Of a stretch of 64,000 nucleotides of DNA, positions 45,464 through 59,487 are shown piece after piece. This DNA is from Bugula neritina (lineage: Eukaryota; Animalia; Bryozoa): the NCBI GenBank assembly GCA_964035545.1, contig OZ037767.1, forward strand, positions 5,286,707 to 5,350,706. The letters are read 5' to 3'. The stretch's first letter is position 1. Each line of letters opens with the position of its first letter. Under the pieces are notes generated by a model, which saw only the letters and a list, made by a program, of their open reading frames with translations, was not told the origin of the DNA and ran no database searches. The translations under genes were made by a program, and so were the position numbers.

Positions 45464-48400
45464 CTAGTGCAAGAGGGAGCATTGCATATATGTAATAGCA
45501 CATGTGCCATCTTGATTACTATCAATTAATCCGGAACACCTGCATCTAAAAGTACACAACAGATAAGTTCAATAATTTTAGAACTTATGGTTGAACAGTG
45601 CGCAATCTCTATGTAACTACACAATGTTAAGATTATCAGCTGTTCTCGCATTACACCAGTTTAAAAAGTTATCTTCCCATGAAAATATAGATAGTATAGT
45701 AAGTAAAATATAATTGTGCTATCAAACAATTTGCTCACAAAGAAAAAAACTACTTGAAACCTAAATACCTTAAAATTTTTTTTGGAAACGAATAAATAAC
45801 AACTTACAATTTAAAGCAACATCTTGGCTGCTGATTAATGACATGGTATTTATTGCCTTTCAAGTTTAAACTTAAGCTTTTATTTATACTTACGAGTGTT
45901 CTCCATTAATGGATGACAGAATGTGATTTTGATAATTCTCTGTGTTGCAAGAAACTGCAAGAATTTTTTTGGTCTACAAATGCAATCAATTTTTTTTAAA
46001 GATATTGCATAAATAATAAATAAGCTTCCACAATAGACTAAAATACAAATAAATTACCTAGCGTCCTAAAAACTAAACGAACATTTAAAATCAAAAAAAA
46101 ACTTTTCAATTTGTTAATCAATTCAAGAATAAATGCTTTTTAAATGAGTTTACGGAAGTGGTAAGAATAGATTGTTATCATCACCCACCATGGTTAAAAA
46201 ACCCACAACTCTAAGTGTAATGCACATGGAAGAATATTTTCCTAGTCTGTTAGCAGGCCACACGTTAGGGCCACACTAGACTAAATACATTTTAAAATCT
46301 TACATTAGTTGATGAAACTTTATCAGTACTAAAGCTTTCAGTTCTCAGCTGCTTTGTGGATTGAAGTAGTTCACATTTACTAAGGTCTAGTACACCTTTC
46401 GCTAACAAATCAGTGAAATTGCTTTGCTGTATCGTTTGTAAGCTGTTGAGGCTGGAAACCTGCAGAAAAAAAGCACTGTCGTAATTTAAATATGATATTT
46501 GTCAAAATAAATTTAAATTTCTAAAACAACATAACGCTCTTGTTAATTTAATTAATTTTTACATACTAATATATTATCAAAGCACTGTATGAGTTTTATA
46601 TAAACTATCAGTTTAACAATACTTTTGATATACAAGTAATTCGGGTTGATGGTTTGGCTTATATACAGGAACAAACCTCTAAACTGCCAAACAATATAAG
46701 GAAATTAAAGCTAGTTTTTCTCTAGTAATATCAAACACACCGTACAAGGGAATGCAACGGCTTTCTTATTACAATTAGTTGACGCATTTTTTGCAATTGA
46801 TTCCTTAACATAATAAACTGAAAACTGATTTCTAACTCTCTGATCAAATGATTATAAGTTAATTTGAAGTTGTTGCTTTAGAGAACAATACGGATAGAAA
46901 CATATAATTGCTTTCATATCGGAATAATAATGTTATATTATAATTAACCCTGTGATGAAAGCTGAATACATGTCATCTTTTGGCATATCGCTTTTACCAC
47001 TTAAGCTACACCTTCTAACGCACTACCTTTTCTGCAGTTAACCGAACACCTCTAATAATCACTACCAACGCTATACAGTAACCTAAACAAAGTATAATTT
47101 AATACTGTATCTCCTACACCAAAGAGCAGACTACTCAGCTTACCAAATTCTCCAGCTCCTGGATTTTCTGATGCAAGACATGAGTTTCATTCCGAAGAAT
47201 ATTGAAATCATTAGACAGCTGAGACTGGGCATCCACTATAACTTGGGAGGTGTTAGATTTCTGCCCACTAGCTGCTACAGCCCCACCAGATGTGTGTGCT
47301 GAAATACACAATGATGTCTTGTCTAAGCATAAAACATTGTTTTTTAAGTAAAATGTGTTAATAAACTTGCAATATTAGCATAATAATTATATTGTTAGCT
47401 TGAAATGTATTGCTAACTTTTTAATGCATGTAATAATTAGTGTGTGTGTGTGTGTGTGCGCGAGTGCGCGTGTGCGTGTGTGTGTGCGTGTGCGTATAGC
47501 TAGCGGAAAAACCGCAAAGATCAGGAGTTGCTTTCTCTTTTGCTAAAAAGCGATTGACTAGGCTCACTCGGCATGGCATCAACTCTAGTTATAGGCAGGA
47601 ACAGGAACAATAGAAGGCTGGTAGAAAATATAATAAGCATTAAAAGTACTTACAAGTCTGTAGAGTGAGAATTCCTGTTAGACTGAGGACTACAATGGTT
47701 AGAGCAGTGAAGGAAATAATGAGGGCCAGCAACAAGCCCACACAAATACACCTGGCCACAGGGCTACGTCTGTATAATTCTTTACCCACCAACCCACTCT
47801 CCGAGTTCAGAAGAGCTGTGTCTGGTATATCTTTATTGTTATTCTCGCCATAGAGAGGATTCTCTTTTCTCCTAAAAACAGATTTAAACCTAATTTCAGC
47901 TTTATGAACATGTTTCAAGCAAATTTTCCGGATTTCCGTAAAAGGGAATGAATGTGCAAAGTGAATGTAGTATCAACACGTGGTATGGATTTGCAGCCAA
48001 CTCATAAGTGAGTTAAAACTGTGCACCTAATTACTGCCATCAGAGCAATGAAGGACAGCTGATATCTCAAGAGTAAATATTGCAGACATTGACCTTTGAT
48101 TTGAATATTCAACTGCATAAAGTATTTAGTGGTTTTCAAGTAGAATAGCCTATGCCCTATGGAGTATAAATACAACTAGGTTAACAAAATTATTGGCTTC
48201 ATACTTTCAAGAAAGTAGTGGTAAAAGGTGCCCTCTTTCAAGGTTGGCGAAACAGAACTTTAAACTTCTACAGCAACTCTATTCCATTCTTATTTGAAAA
48301 ACACTTAAATTATGCCAACATTACGAACAGTTGTATAGCTAGAAGTCAAGGCTAAACTTTTAGCTATTTAGATTCTAGTAACTGAAATGCTCCAATAAGA

Positions 48401-51400
48401 AGTTGTGAGGCTATGAGTCATGACAGAAGACTGCAAGCTTGGAATTAGTCATCTCTCAGCTTCTCACCTGAGAGGTGCCAAGTTTCTCTATTAATAAATA
48501 TTTTGGCTGATATTACATCATGATGACGGAGAGGATCCTTCCTAGCCAAGCTAAGTATACCAACCTTTGGAGGGGAGAGAAGTGAAGGAGTGAGTCCGTG
48601 CTCTGGTCAGATATAGAATGGGCCTGATTTGGCCTGCTCGACGTCGGCACAACGGGTGCCTCCGCGTACATCTTAGATGTCGGGATCTCCTCATAGATCT
48701 GTGAGGGGTTGGCTGGCTGCCAAGCTTCCATCTTTGGTGTTGGAGGTACAGAAGCAGTTTGAGCAATTCGTTGAGAGTGATTGTTCTAGAAAATTGCACA
48801 GAAAGGATAAAGTTGTTTCAGAATAACTGAAAACCATCATTGAAATCGTTCTGATTTAAGAAAAACCTGAAATAGTTTTTACAACTCTACTACCATAACA
48901 TTCTAGTCCTATTAACCAATTATAGAAGAAAACCTTGTTTGTGTTTTATCTCTTACGTTGCGTCAAAAAGCTAGCATGAATGCACACAAACAAAAATATT
49001 TACAGATTTATTAGTCCATGTGTCAATCAAGTTCAATTGAAATAATGTTATGCATAACCCTTGACAAATTATCATAACCTATAATTAACTAAACAGAACC
49101 TTAATGCCGTCATAGTGTATTACATGGTTGATCACATCTTATTTGACTTCTCATCTTCCAATGGAGAGAAAAAACTTCATATTAACAAAAAAGTGCATAC
49201 CTGCAGAGCAGCACTAGGTGGATGTAGGGTAGATGTATTCTGCAGAGTATCCATGGAGCCATTTATATTGATGGTAGGATTAGTGACTGCTAGCTGCTGC
49301 AGATATTGGTAGTAGTGCCATGGTAGCTGTACAGAACCATTCTGGTAGCTGATTGGTTGCTCAGCAGGCGTACTCGGAATACTGGTAAAACCAAATAATT
49401 GGTAAACAGAATGAAAAATAGAAAATAACTTGTACTGTAAATAAGACAACATGTGTCATATATAAAACCTGCGTCATGTGACAGTCTGGTTTCCTTCTAT
49501 TACACACCGTGACTGTATACACTTACAAAGATGCTCAGATACATGTTTTTGTCACTCGCTTGTGTGCTCTTTTTGAATATCACACAAAAAAATCAAATAA
49601 TATTTTTATACCACTTATATGCTCTACTTTTATTTTTAATAAATTAAAGCGCAACTAAACCACAGTTATTTTTTGTAACAGGATAGACTTCAGAAGTTAC
49701 GATATTCATCCTGATTTCATATACAACGCATCTGATCCTGTACTGCTACAGGATGTGATTATTAGCAAACTGTGACTGCAACTTTTTAGCAAAGTGATTC
49801 ATTTCAATTTACAATCAGCTGTGTTGGTGGCTACAATAGTAAAAACTTCTAGAAAAATAACGCATTTACTTCCATAGAACTGGCAGGTAAATGCTGCTAC
49901 AGCCCCGGCAGCCAGAAACCAACATTATAAATAAAAATAACATCAAGCATTTATATAAATAAATGAAGCATCAAATATTGTGATTGGCACAGACTTTATA
50001 GTCAACAAATACTTAAAACACAAATTTCAATATTGTTTACAAACTAAACACCTGTTCTTGAAAAGTCAATATGTATAAAACCACATTTTAAAGTAAGGTT
50101 TTGGAACTACTACAGACATGATTTTTAAATACAGCCTGATTGCTGATAGATATTGATCTTTGACTAGAGTCTCTAGACAAACTAATCACATTTTTAATCT
50201 AAGAGAAGTGGAAGAGAAATTAATGGTAATTCCATTAACTTCAAATAACTTCATAATTTATGTATATATGCAAGCATGTATAATTAGATATGATGTATGC
50301 ATGTATAGACAGTATGTATGACCCATATTCTGGAGAAATTTCGCAAAACTTCCAACATGTTTTTACAGCTGATTTCATTTTATACTCTAAGAAACCAAAA
50401 CAGGTTAATTATGATGCCACAGCGTAGATGTGTTCCCATGCAGTAGCATAGGCAGTAAAGTTCACGAGCTGCTAAAGTACAAACAATAGCATGTAAGCTT
50501 AGCTTTTTAACCTCAAAAGTCAATTAATTTATTATTCTTTTTTAATAGTTTTCACATTCTCCACTAAAATGTTGTGACATGTTAACTAATTAACCAAAGT
50601 TTATCTGGTAGATCTCAGAGGCTAAATGTTTTGTGGCATGTTGGATCTTAGAAATTAAAGTGCAGAATTCAAAGTTCAAAGGTGAATGAATGAGCAAAAA
50701 CCAGATAGCTGACAGCAGTATTTGGGAGTTCGTATAGTTTCAATTTCACTTAATTTTGAATAAATACCCAATTATATGCAAGTATAAGTAGAGTCTATGA
50801 GGTTAGAATGTTGCTTGGAAAATTAACCTTGAAGATAAAATAATGTCAGAAACACAACAAATTTGACGAAGAGAAGAAAAGAAGTAATAGAGTCATAGAG
50901 GCAGGGGAGATAACTACCTTCCATTTGAAAACTGAGCTGCAGATGATGTAGGGCCCCTCAACCCATTGATATGTAAGTTTGAAGGCGGGTCAGCAGTGGC
51001 AGCTACAGGCCCATTGAGCTTGTCTGAGAATGAAGTTTCTAATTCAGAAGATTTGGGGTGTTGTCTCCTCGCTGGAGACTCGGCATACCCATGGTTCACC
51101 TGCTGTTCCAGTGTTGGGCTATTCATTTCTGTAAAACAAAAATGAACTTGTGAATTTGTTAAAAATGAAGTGTTAATGTGATGGACTATGTAGAAGTAGT
51201 AGTAGAAGTAGTAGTGGAAGTAATAGTATTATTATTAGTAGTAGTAGTAGTAGTAGTAGTGGAAGCAGTAGTGGTAGTAGCAGTGGAAGTAGTAGTGGAA
51301 GTAGTAGTGGAAGTAGTAGCAGTAGTAGCAGTAGAAGTAGTAGTGGCAGTAGTAGCAGTAGCAGTAGTATAGTAGCAGTAGTAGTAGCAGTAGTAGTAGT

Positions 51401-51404
51401 AGTG

Positions 51405-51498
<94 letters not shown>

Positions 51499-54365
51499 CA
51501 GTAGCAGTAGTAGTAGCAGCAGTAGCTGTAGTATAGTAGTAGTAGCAGTAGCTGTAGTAGAATTAGACAAGTGTTAAAACATAATTAGAGCAAGTAGGAG
51601 AAGGACAAGCTTATAGTCCTTTCAGGGTCATAAACCTTAGGTTTTATCTTGAGTACATGATAGGAAATAGGGGCATTTACCTTACAGCCACTCAAAGTTT
51701 AAATAATTTCCTTAGCTATAGTGAAAAGGTGCAATGAACAGACTAAAGGTAAAAAACTTAACAATAGAATTTAACAAAATTTGACAAATATATCCTAGAA
51801 TCACACTTTAGAAAATACTATTGTTATTTGTGTACTGCACCTAATACCTATTTTAGAGTGATTAATTGGGTATGTCATCGTGAGAAATGAGTTGTACTCG
51901 AGTAGATAATAAAGAATAAAAAAAGACATGTGCTATTCACAGCCAAATATAGGAATCAGTATAAAGGAGAAATGGAGGACATCTAAACGCAATAGCTGTA
52001 ACCTGAACAATGTGATGCTACAGTACTGTAAAATGTAAATAGTGACTGTATGTGATAACTAGAACATTATAGAGTTAGCTTGTAACAGTACACTTATCAG
52101 CACAAATCTCTGTTTGCTCAGTAAGTGGCTATACAACATACAGCATTGAGGATGATTCATATCCCATTGCCATTATTACGCAACTTCAACAGCAACAAAC
52201 TCAAACATCCAAAGTGATTATTTGTTCCGTTTTTCATGGCTTACAGTTTTCCTATTTTTGACCAACAAAAATTCATATACTGATGCAGCTGTGCTGTTGA
52301 AGAGCTGCTATAGCTTGTAATAGCAGCACTGAGATAAAATAGAGTCTATCATAACTCTGTAATAAAATTAAACAGAACTGAAGTTGTAAAAGAACTGGGT
52401 TGGGAAACGCATGGCCAGTGTTCAGAGCCCCAGAAAAGGTCATTGGCTATGTTATAATGGGCATTCAGTCATAATTGCTCTTTTGCCCCAACAGAGAAAA
52501 GTCCTTAGCAACTAAAAAAAATTCTTTTCATTCAGGATGGTGAATATAAACTACTATGAGAATTAAAATGTAGCTCTTAAATGCTTTCTAATATATCCAT
52601 GAGTGCTTTATTTATTATAATATTATATCCATTATAGCCAAAAGTACTACACTGTCTGGACTGAATGCTATAACTTGTTTGTTTATATGAAACCATACAT
52701 AGATATGTTGAACCACCAGCCTTCTGCTATCTCTCTGCATTTATCTGGTATATCCAGCTGTAACCAACCAGTTCCAAAACAAGCTAAAAATCTCACTGTA
52801 TAAACTCGGATATCAGACTATGGCAGAGATAGTACCTGACCAATACAGATGTCACCCTACCAACTCAGATACGCTATACTATTCATACAGATATGCTATC
52901 CATACAGATACCAGCCTGAATCATATCCGTGTTCATTCATTTCAGGCCAACAAAATCTCATTGACAAAGGAAAACAAATATTAGAAAAAGCAAAAATAGC
53001 TCTGCATGATACTTCATCCATAACTGCTGCTATGCTATTGTGTAGCTAAACTAACACCACTCAGCTAATAAAACTAGCTCATGCTTCAAGTACTGCGAGC
53101 TAATGTAATAAATATAATAATAATTCACCTTCTTTAGTGGAGATGGTGAACTAGGTTAGTAGCTAGTAACCCTAATACCTTCAGTAGAGAACTCTAACAT
53201 TATGTGCCTGGTGGCTTATAGACCACAAGAATTTTATAATTCGCTTGATTATAATACCATCTACCAGTTTCATACCATACATATTATGTTCTACTGCAGC
53301 AACCTAAAACCATTACTAGCAGCTCTAAGATACAAAACCATGGGACAGAACTGATGGGTTTGTATATGCACCATACATCACATCTACAACAATTGGCCAA
53401 ATCTTAGAAAAATTTAGGATTTTTGTTAAAAAAACACTATTGGTTACAGTGGAGATGCATACTTGAGTTCATTTAGTTTAGCAGTTTAACTAAATGATGC
53501 AATCATAGGTTTTTGACCACTTTTCATAATTTTAAATACAAAAAGAAGAGAACTTTCGAATAGGGCGATAAGATATCAGTCACTAAAAATTTAAATGCAT
53601 TAAAATATCGTCATTTCTTTAGTTTTATTAGTTAACTGCATTTACCATTTTTCAAAATTCCAATGTAAAAATTGAACACAGTGCGTATGCCAGCTGGACT
53701 AATGCCAAAGTAGAGCAAACCTAACATTCTCTAGTTGAGTAAATTTGGAAGACAACAGGGCTTAGTGCCAATTTCTAGAAAACTTTATCATGACGAGATA
53801 TAATGATCATGTCTTTCTAAAACAAACACATATCTGCACGTTTTAGCCTTACGCCAAGCTACAGCTCATGGTGTAACAGCTTGTCAACTCCAGTCATATG
53901 TCTTTCACCCCAAGTCAATATACTATAACTAGTGTTCACTGTTATTATGTTAGTGTGGAGGTAATTGTTGTGTACAAAGCTTTGTGTGACAACTCCTTAG
54001 GTTATAAATAACCATGAAATTAATATCAACCCCAAACTTATGCATGGTTAACTAGCTTCAACTGCACACATGGTAAAACCTCCACTGTTACACATAACAG
54101 TTGCAAAGCAGTTTTCAAAATCTTTTTAAAAAAGTAGCAAGTTAAAGTTTACATACACACGTCCCTGTCATTGACTATAGTATTTCAGATTATTTCTTTC
54201 TGATGTAACTACTAGTAACAGAGATTTAAGAACTTTCAGGAAAAAGAAGAAATATTTTCTTGTGTAACCAACACCAGATCTGCTAGAAAACTCTATAATA
54301 TAGCTGTATATCCTACCTTCATCAGACTTCAAGGAAAGTTGGGGTTCCAAATAGCCGTTCTCCAT
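45464..54365 (-). CDS. Uncharacterised type II single-pass membrane protein; coding exons 54365-54317, 51128-50918, 49381-49201, 48785-48565, 47871-47654, 47298-47144, 46459-46304, 45973-45894, 45545-45464; ~450 aa
   Basis: Nine GT-AG-bounded exons join in one open frame (phases 1,2,0,2,1,0,0,2). There is no signal peptide and one hydrophobic segment, ICVGLLLALIISFTALTIVVLSLTGIL. A heptad-like stalk LSNDFNILRNETHVLHQKIQELENLVSSL precedes a 6-Cys C-terminal domain. Confidence 0.82.
47440..47495. repeat. (GT/GC)n microsatellite
   Basis: gtgtgt...gcgcgtgtgcgt. Confidence 0.9.
51189..51560. repeat. (TAG)n trinucleotide microsatellite with CAG/TGG/AAG variants
   Basis: ~370 bp of agtagtagt starting ~60 bp from the acceptor at 51129. 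Confidence 0.95.
52420..52545 (+). mobile_element. Old diverged SINE copy
   Basis: aaggtcattggctatgttataatgggcattcagtcataattgctc matches the SINE core in plus orientation. Confidence 0.6.
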
Positions 54366-56669
54366 CAACCAAGAGCTACAAGAAATCCATAGTTCATCAA
54401 GTAATTTCAATGAAAGCAGCCTATATATTGGTTAGCAATGCGGGGCATTGACACAGAGCCCTTATTAACAATTCACTACTACAGGACACTATGCAAGCAA
54501 ACCTCAACTCTGTGTTTTATACTGTCATGGTAAAAAAGCCCGAGTTCTAGATTAGAAATATAGCAAATATTATGAATATTAACTCAACCCCAAAACAAAA
54601 TTCTTTAAAAAAATGAAAGAACTTAGCCTGTTAACTTTTTTACTACTTCATATAAATGCGAACTATTCAATTTATTATCTATATATTAATATAATAGTAA
54701 ACCAAAACTATACCTGCTTTTGAACAAAAGATTAATAAAATTGAAACTTCTAGCTGCTACTTGATACCCATGTTAACAGTGAATAGCTAAACACTAAGTT
54801 TGTAAAGGTGAATTCATGCACCTGCTACTATTTCACTTAGCCCATTGTTATCGTTTCTAACAAATTAGACACAAGTATGTGGCTATATGTCTATAATCAG
54901 GGTCTCTATTTCCACTATCAACTATTGCTATGTTAATGATTTGTTATGACAAAACATGGTCTAACTAGCAAGTCATGTAATAATATATTATGTAGTGAGC
55001 TTGTTGTAAGACTCATAATCTCCATTGAATAGCAAATTTTAATTTAGGTAGTAGTTTACTATGCAGTCGAAACTAGCAAGTAACAATAAAAATTAAGTTG
55101 TCTAATTCTAATTATTTGTTGTACTAGATTTAACACAGTATGAGTAGATAGTGACCATGAAAGGCTAGCCAGGCTGTACAGTTGAACAGATATCACGTAG
55201 TGAATATGTAATGGTTAGGATATAATTTATAAATAAAATATAGCAGGCAATTATCTGTCAAAATAGTCATCAATGTGATACTAATATTGATATAGGCAAT
55301 ACTTGGCCTGTGTTGATGATAAACCTACAGTTTGATGTTTGTTTAAAGCAAACAATTCGAAATCATTTGTCCTTCAGTTTACTAGATAACTATTACTATT
55401 AGTATAAGTATACTGTATAACTATATTGTTATTAGATTATAATTGTACTACTACTACTACTATTAGTATTATTACTATTAGTATTATTACTATTAGTATT
55501 ATTAGTATAATTGTGAAAATGTGTTTTTAGTATATTTTATTTTGGTATAGCAAAATTATAAAAAAGGTCCTTATTTTAGCACAATTTGCCAAATTATATA
55601 ATAGTGAGGTTTTAAATTAACCTAATAGTAATACTAATAGTATAACTATATAAATGTCAATATAAATATGAGTATTAGTTAGTGTTATATTTAGTCTTAC
55701 AGCATGAACAACAGTCATTGTCAAGTATATAGAATTAGATTCATGATGGAATTCCCATATTTCTATTTTTTGAGGGTTTTAAGTTTAGTAGCTCAATCTG
55801 CTATGAAATCCTGATCACTTATATTAATCATTATTATAAGTATAACAATGATATAAATGCATTAATTTTTGTGTTGACTAATAGTAATACTAATAGTAAT
55901 AGTAATAGTAATAGTAATAGTAATTAATGAGATTATCATTATTAGTTTAAAGTTTAAAAGTAAAAGTCAAAGAGAAAATAAAAGTTATGCTCAACACTCA
56001 CAGCTTATACTAATACAGTATAACTAATAGTAAAACTAAGTCTAATAAATTTAAAACTTTAAAATTAAATTTTAGAAATAAAAGTACCTGTTTTAGTGTT
56101 TAGCTGCTGTAACTGTAAGTGTAAGTGTATACCAGTATAGTCTATAGGTATAGATCACAACTTCAAGTATGATGTTTTTTCCTATCAGTATTACTATGAC
56201 AGTATGAGCATAAAATGACAACCATATGAAGTTTATATACACTGCCCCACTGCTAGAACACTCAGCTGTAGTACGTTAGTCCCTTCTGATTGTTGTCACT
56301 AGAATAATTAGATTTACTATTATCAAATCCACTATGAGGTATACAGCAAACCTGGCTGTTACGATTACCGTTTACAAATATTTGATCGTTGAAGGTTTAA
56401 CCAATGAAGCGTAACCAAAATATTGTGGGTTCAGCGTGAAAATAACCTGCGCAAGTCGCGGGCTAATGTAAATGCTGCATGGACAATGATAAAGTATAAT
56501 ATGATATTAATAGAGAAAATGGATTGTAAACAATTACTGCCTATGTGGGTTAAACATACCATTTTATGGCTCTCTTAAAAAACCTGGAACGGTATTAGAA
56601 ATACTATTCCTTACATTAAGATTAGCATCTTTATAGCCTTGTCCAAACATGCCAAACTCACTAAACTAA

Positions 56670-57013
56670 GCCTAGGGCCACACTGTGCGTATTTTCGCAT
56701 GCGAAAATTAAAATCACAAGTAGCAAAGGTGTCCACTGTAGCGTCAGTGATGCGTGATAAATAGAGCTTTCATTTTTAAATCGCACTCGCTTTCAATAGA
56801 ATGCAATTTGCTGGAATGTAGCACTAAATTAAAGAAATTGGGCTCGCTGAATAGCTACCAGCCAATTAGGTGACGATGACAGAAACGATTCGCACTTGTC
56901 GCTCAGCATTTTCAACGCAAGTGCGAACGTTTTCTCAACGCGCACAGTGGACACCTTTGCTACTTGTGATTTCAATTTTCGCATGCGAAAATACGCACCG
57001 TGTGGCCCTAGGC
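56670..57013. mobile_element. PIF/Harbinger (Tourist-like) MITE, ~344 bp, ~70-bp TIRs, TAA target duplication
   Basis: taa-GCCTAGGGCCACACtgtgcgtattttcgcatgcgaaaatt...aattttcgcatgcgaaaatacgcaccGTGTGGCCCTAGGC-taa. Confidence 0.9.
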
Positions 57014-57892
57014 TAAAGGCCAAAGCCCTCAGATAAAAACTGGAATTGTCTTTACTTGAACACACAACAATGAGGTAAGATAACTCAACGCTTTTAAGAA
57101 CAAAGCTCAATTGCATAAAGGTAAATGGTATTGAATTTATATAGTTAACAAGTTCAAGCTAATGCTTTTGTACATGCAATATAGATACATAGAAATGAGA
57201 AACGATTTGATGGACAAATTATTAGAATCTATGTCATTATATTCAAATTTAGGTACAGCAATAAAAAATTAAAATATAAATCCTGACTGCAAAATTGCCA
57301 CATGTTGTATTCGGGATATTTGGACTTGGCTAGAAAATACAATCATACACAATATTATAATATACTGTAGCTAAGAGTAGTAAAGTCTCAATCTAATAGG
57401 TACTCAAAGTATTATGTTTTTGTGTTTAGAAGTACATAGGACAATATGAATTCTTAGTACATTTTCTGACAGGAATCATTGTTATTATATAATAATGCTA
57501 GCTGATACATAAATACAAAATAAAAAATGACTGCTGATATTACGTGTTAAATTTTTTTTTAACTTTTCATGATTAATTGTTGACAAATTGAGATGCATTG
57601 CTTTAATTTCGCTAACCGTTTAGAATTTGCATTTAATGTTTAGAAAACCATTGTAGTATCAATATGAAATATTGGAAAAAAATTCAGTGCTAAATTTTCA
57701 ATGTGTGTTATATCATGTCAAAAGCTTAAATGGATGGATGGATGTTTTTTTCAAATAATAAATCCAATAAAAGCAAAATGATTAGCCATGCATAATCTTT
57801 TCTAATCTTTCAATATGATCAGAATAATTTAATTGGGAGAAATAAAATCAGTAGCTTTGATTTTCCCAAATATTCAAGCGAATGCACAATGC

Positions 57893-58040
57893 ATGTTGGT
57901 GTGTGTGTTGTTGTGTTGGTGTGTTGGTGCGTTGGTGCATTGGTGTGTATGTTAGCGTGTTGGTGTGTGTTGGTGTGGTGTGTTGGTGCGTTGGTACGTG
58001 TGTTGGCGTGTTGGTGTGTTGTTGTGTTGGTGCGTTGATG
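57893..58040. repeat. Complex (GTTGGTGT)n-type microsatellite
   Basis: tgttggtgtg repeats. Confidence 0.9.
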
Positions 58041-58756
58041 CACCAACACATCAAAAAATGTGTATTGATTATATTTTTAAACTAGAAGCTTAGATAAAAT
58101 TGATGGTACACACAAAAACACTTGTGTTTATAATTGCATCAGTTGTTTTATTGTCTTATAGCTAGTTGAAACATAAAAAAAGCATTTCATTGGATACAAA
58201 CGCTTCAATTTGCACAAAGAAAACACAGACCTATATATAATGTTATGAGGCCAAAGATTAGGCAATGACCTAATATTCTGACTTCCTATGACAGGTACAG
58301 ACTGGAGCTTTGAAGTCAACTACGTCATAATTTTTTCTTTCACAAAACTGTCTACACACTTTTCCCTTTGTTGTGAATTTGACAGGGGGGATTGATTTGA
58401 AAACTCCGCCTGTTACTAAAACATAAACAATCTATGTAGTAAACTTATTTTTCGATCAAGGAATTTTTACATGGAATCCTAGTAATGACTTTTATCATAT
58501 AAATACTTACAACTAAAATATCCTTTAGTAAAAGTAAAGGCGAGGCTAAAGAGATGATGCTTATATAACTGTCAATTGCTTCATCTTATTCAGCATTAAA
58601 GAGAGAAATCACAAAGTGGAAGAAAATAAAAATATATTTGATTCTAAGACATCAAGAAACATTTTCTACTTACCCAAAGGAATGATCATGATGATGGCAG
58701 TTGCTAACAAAACAAGAAACTTCATATTGATTCCGATATCTACAAGCATTAGAGAG

Positions 58757-58791
58757 AATATACATATATATATAATATATATATATAATAT

Positions 58792-58863
<72 letters not shown>

Positions 58864-58900
58864 ATATTATAGATATTATATAACATACATATATATGATA
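58757..58900. repeat. (TA)n microsatellite with degenerate flanks
   Basis: TA run. Confidence 0.93.
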
Positions 58901-59487
58901 TGATCTGAAAAAATTATTATATATCAATTTACATATGTCAACCATACAATGGGCAAAATACATTTAACTTCTCACCTGAATTTATATGTTTAACAGTGTT
59001 TTTATGCTGTTACATTCAGTAAAGATACACACAATAACACACCTAACTTCTTCTTATATACCCTTTTGAATCTGAATTATTGCATGCAGCTTTCAGTTGA
59101 TTGGTTAACAGTTCTCCCAACTTCTAGAAATAATTTATTTACCTCAGAAAGATTACAGGCCTGGTTGTATTTGAAAGAATTTTTACAAAGCACCATAGCT
59201 ATATATATATAAAGAGTATTAAAACTTGCATAGGTTAATGTGATATATTTTTTTCAATATAAGATATACTTGAACTGTACAATTACATGCAGTGATCACT
59301 TTACTTAAAAACAATAATTGATAGCAGTTCTTTCAGTTTTTTGCAATAAAATGGGTGATATTGAAAAAGAGAATTAGACTGAAGGTTAAAATATTAAGCA
59401 GCGAATAAATAAGATGCATTACTCACAATATACATGTATATAAGTTATATATATAGCCTATATAAAAAGATAGGCCTTAGTCTAGTA

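Noticed and set aside
51178-51570. Poly-Val and poly-Leu ORFs
   Set aside because: Translations of the intronic (TAG)n repeat
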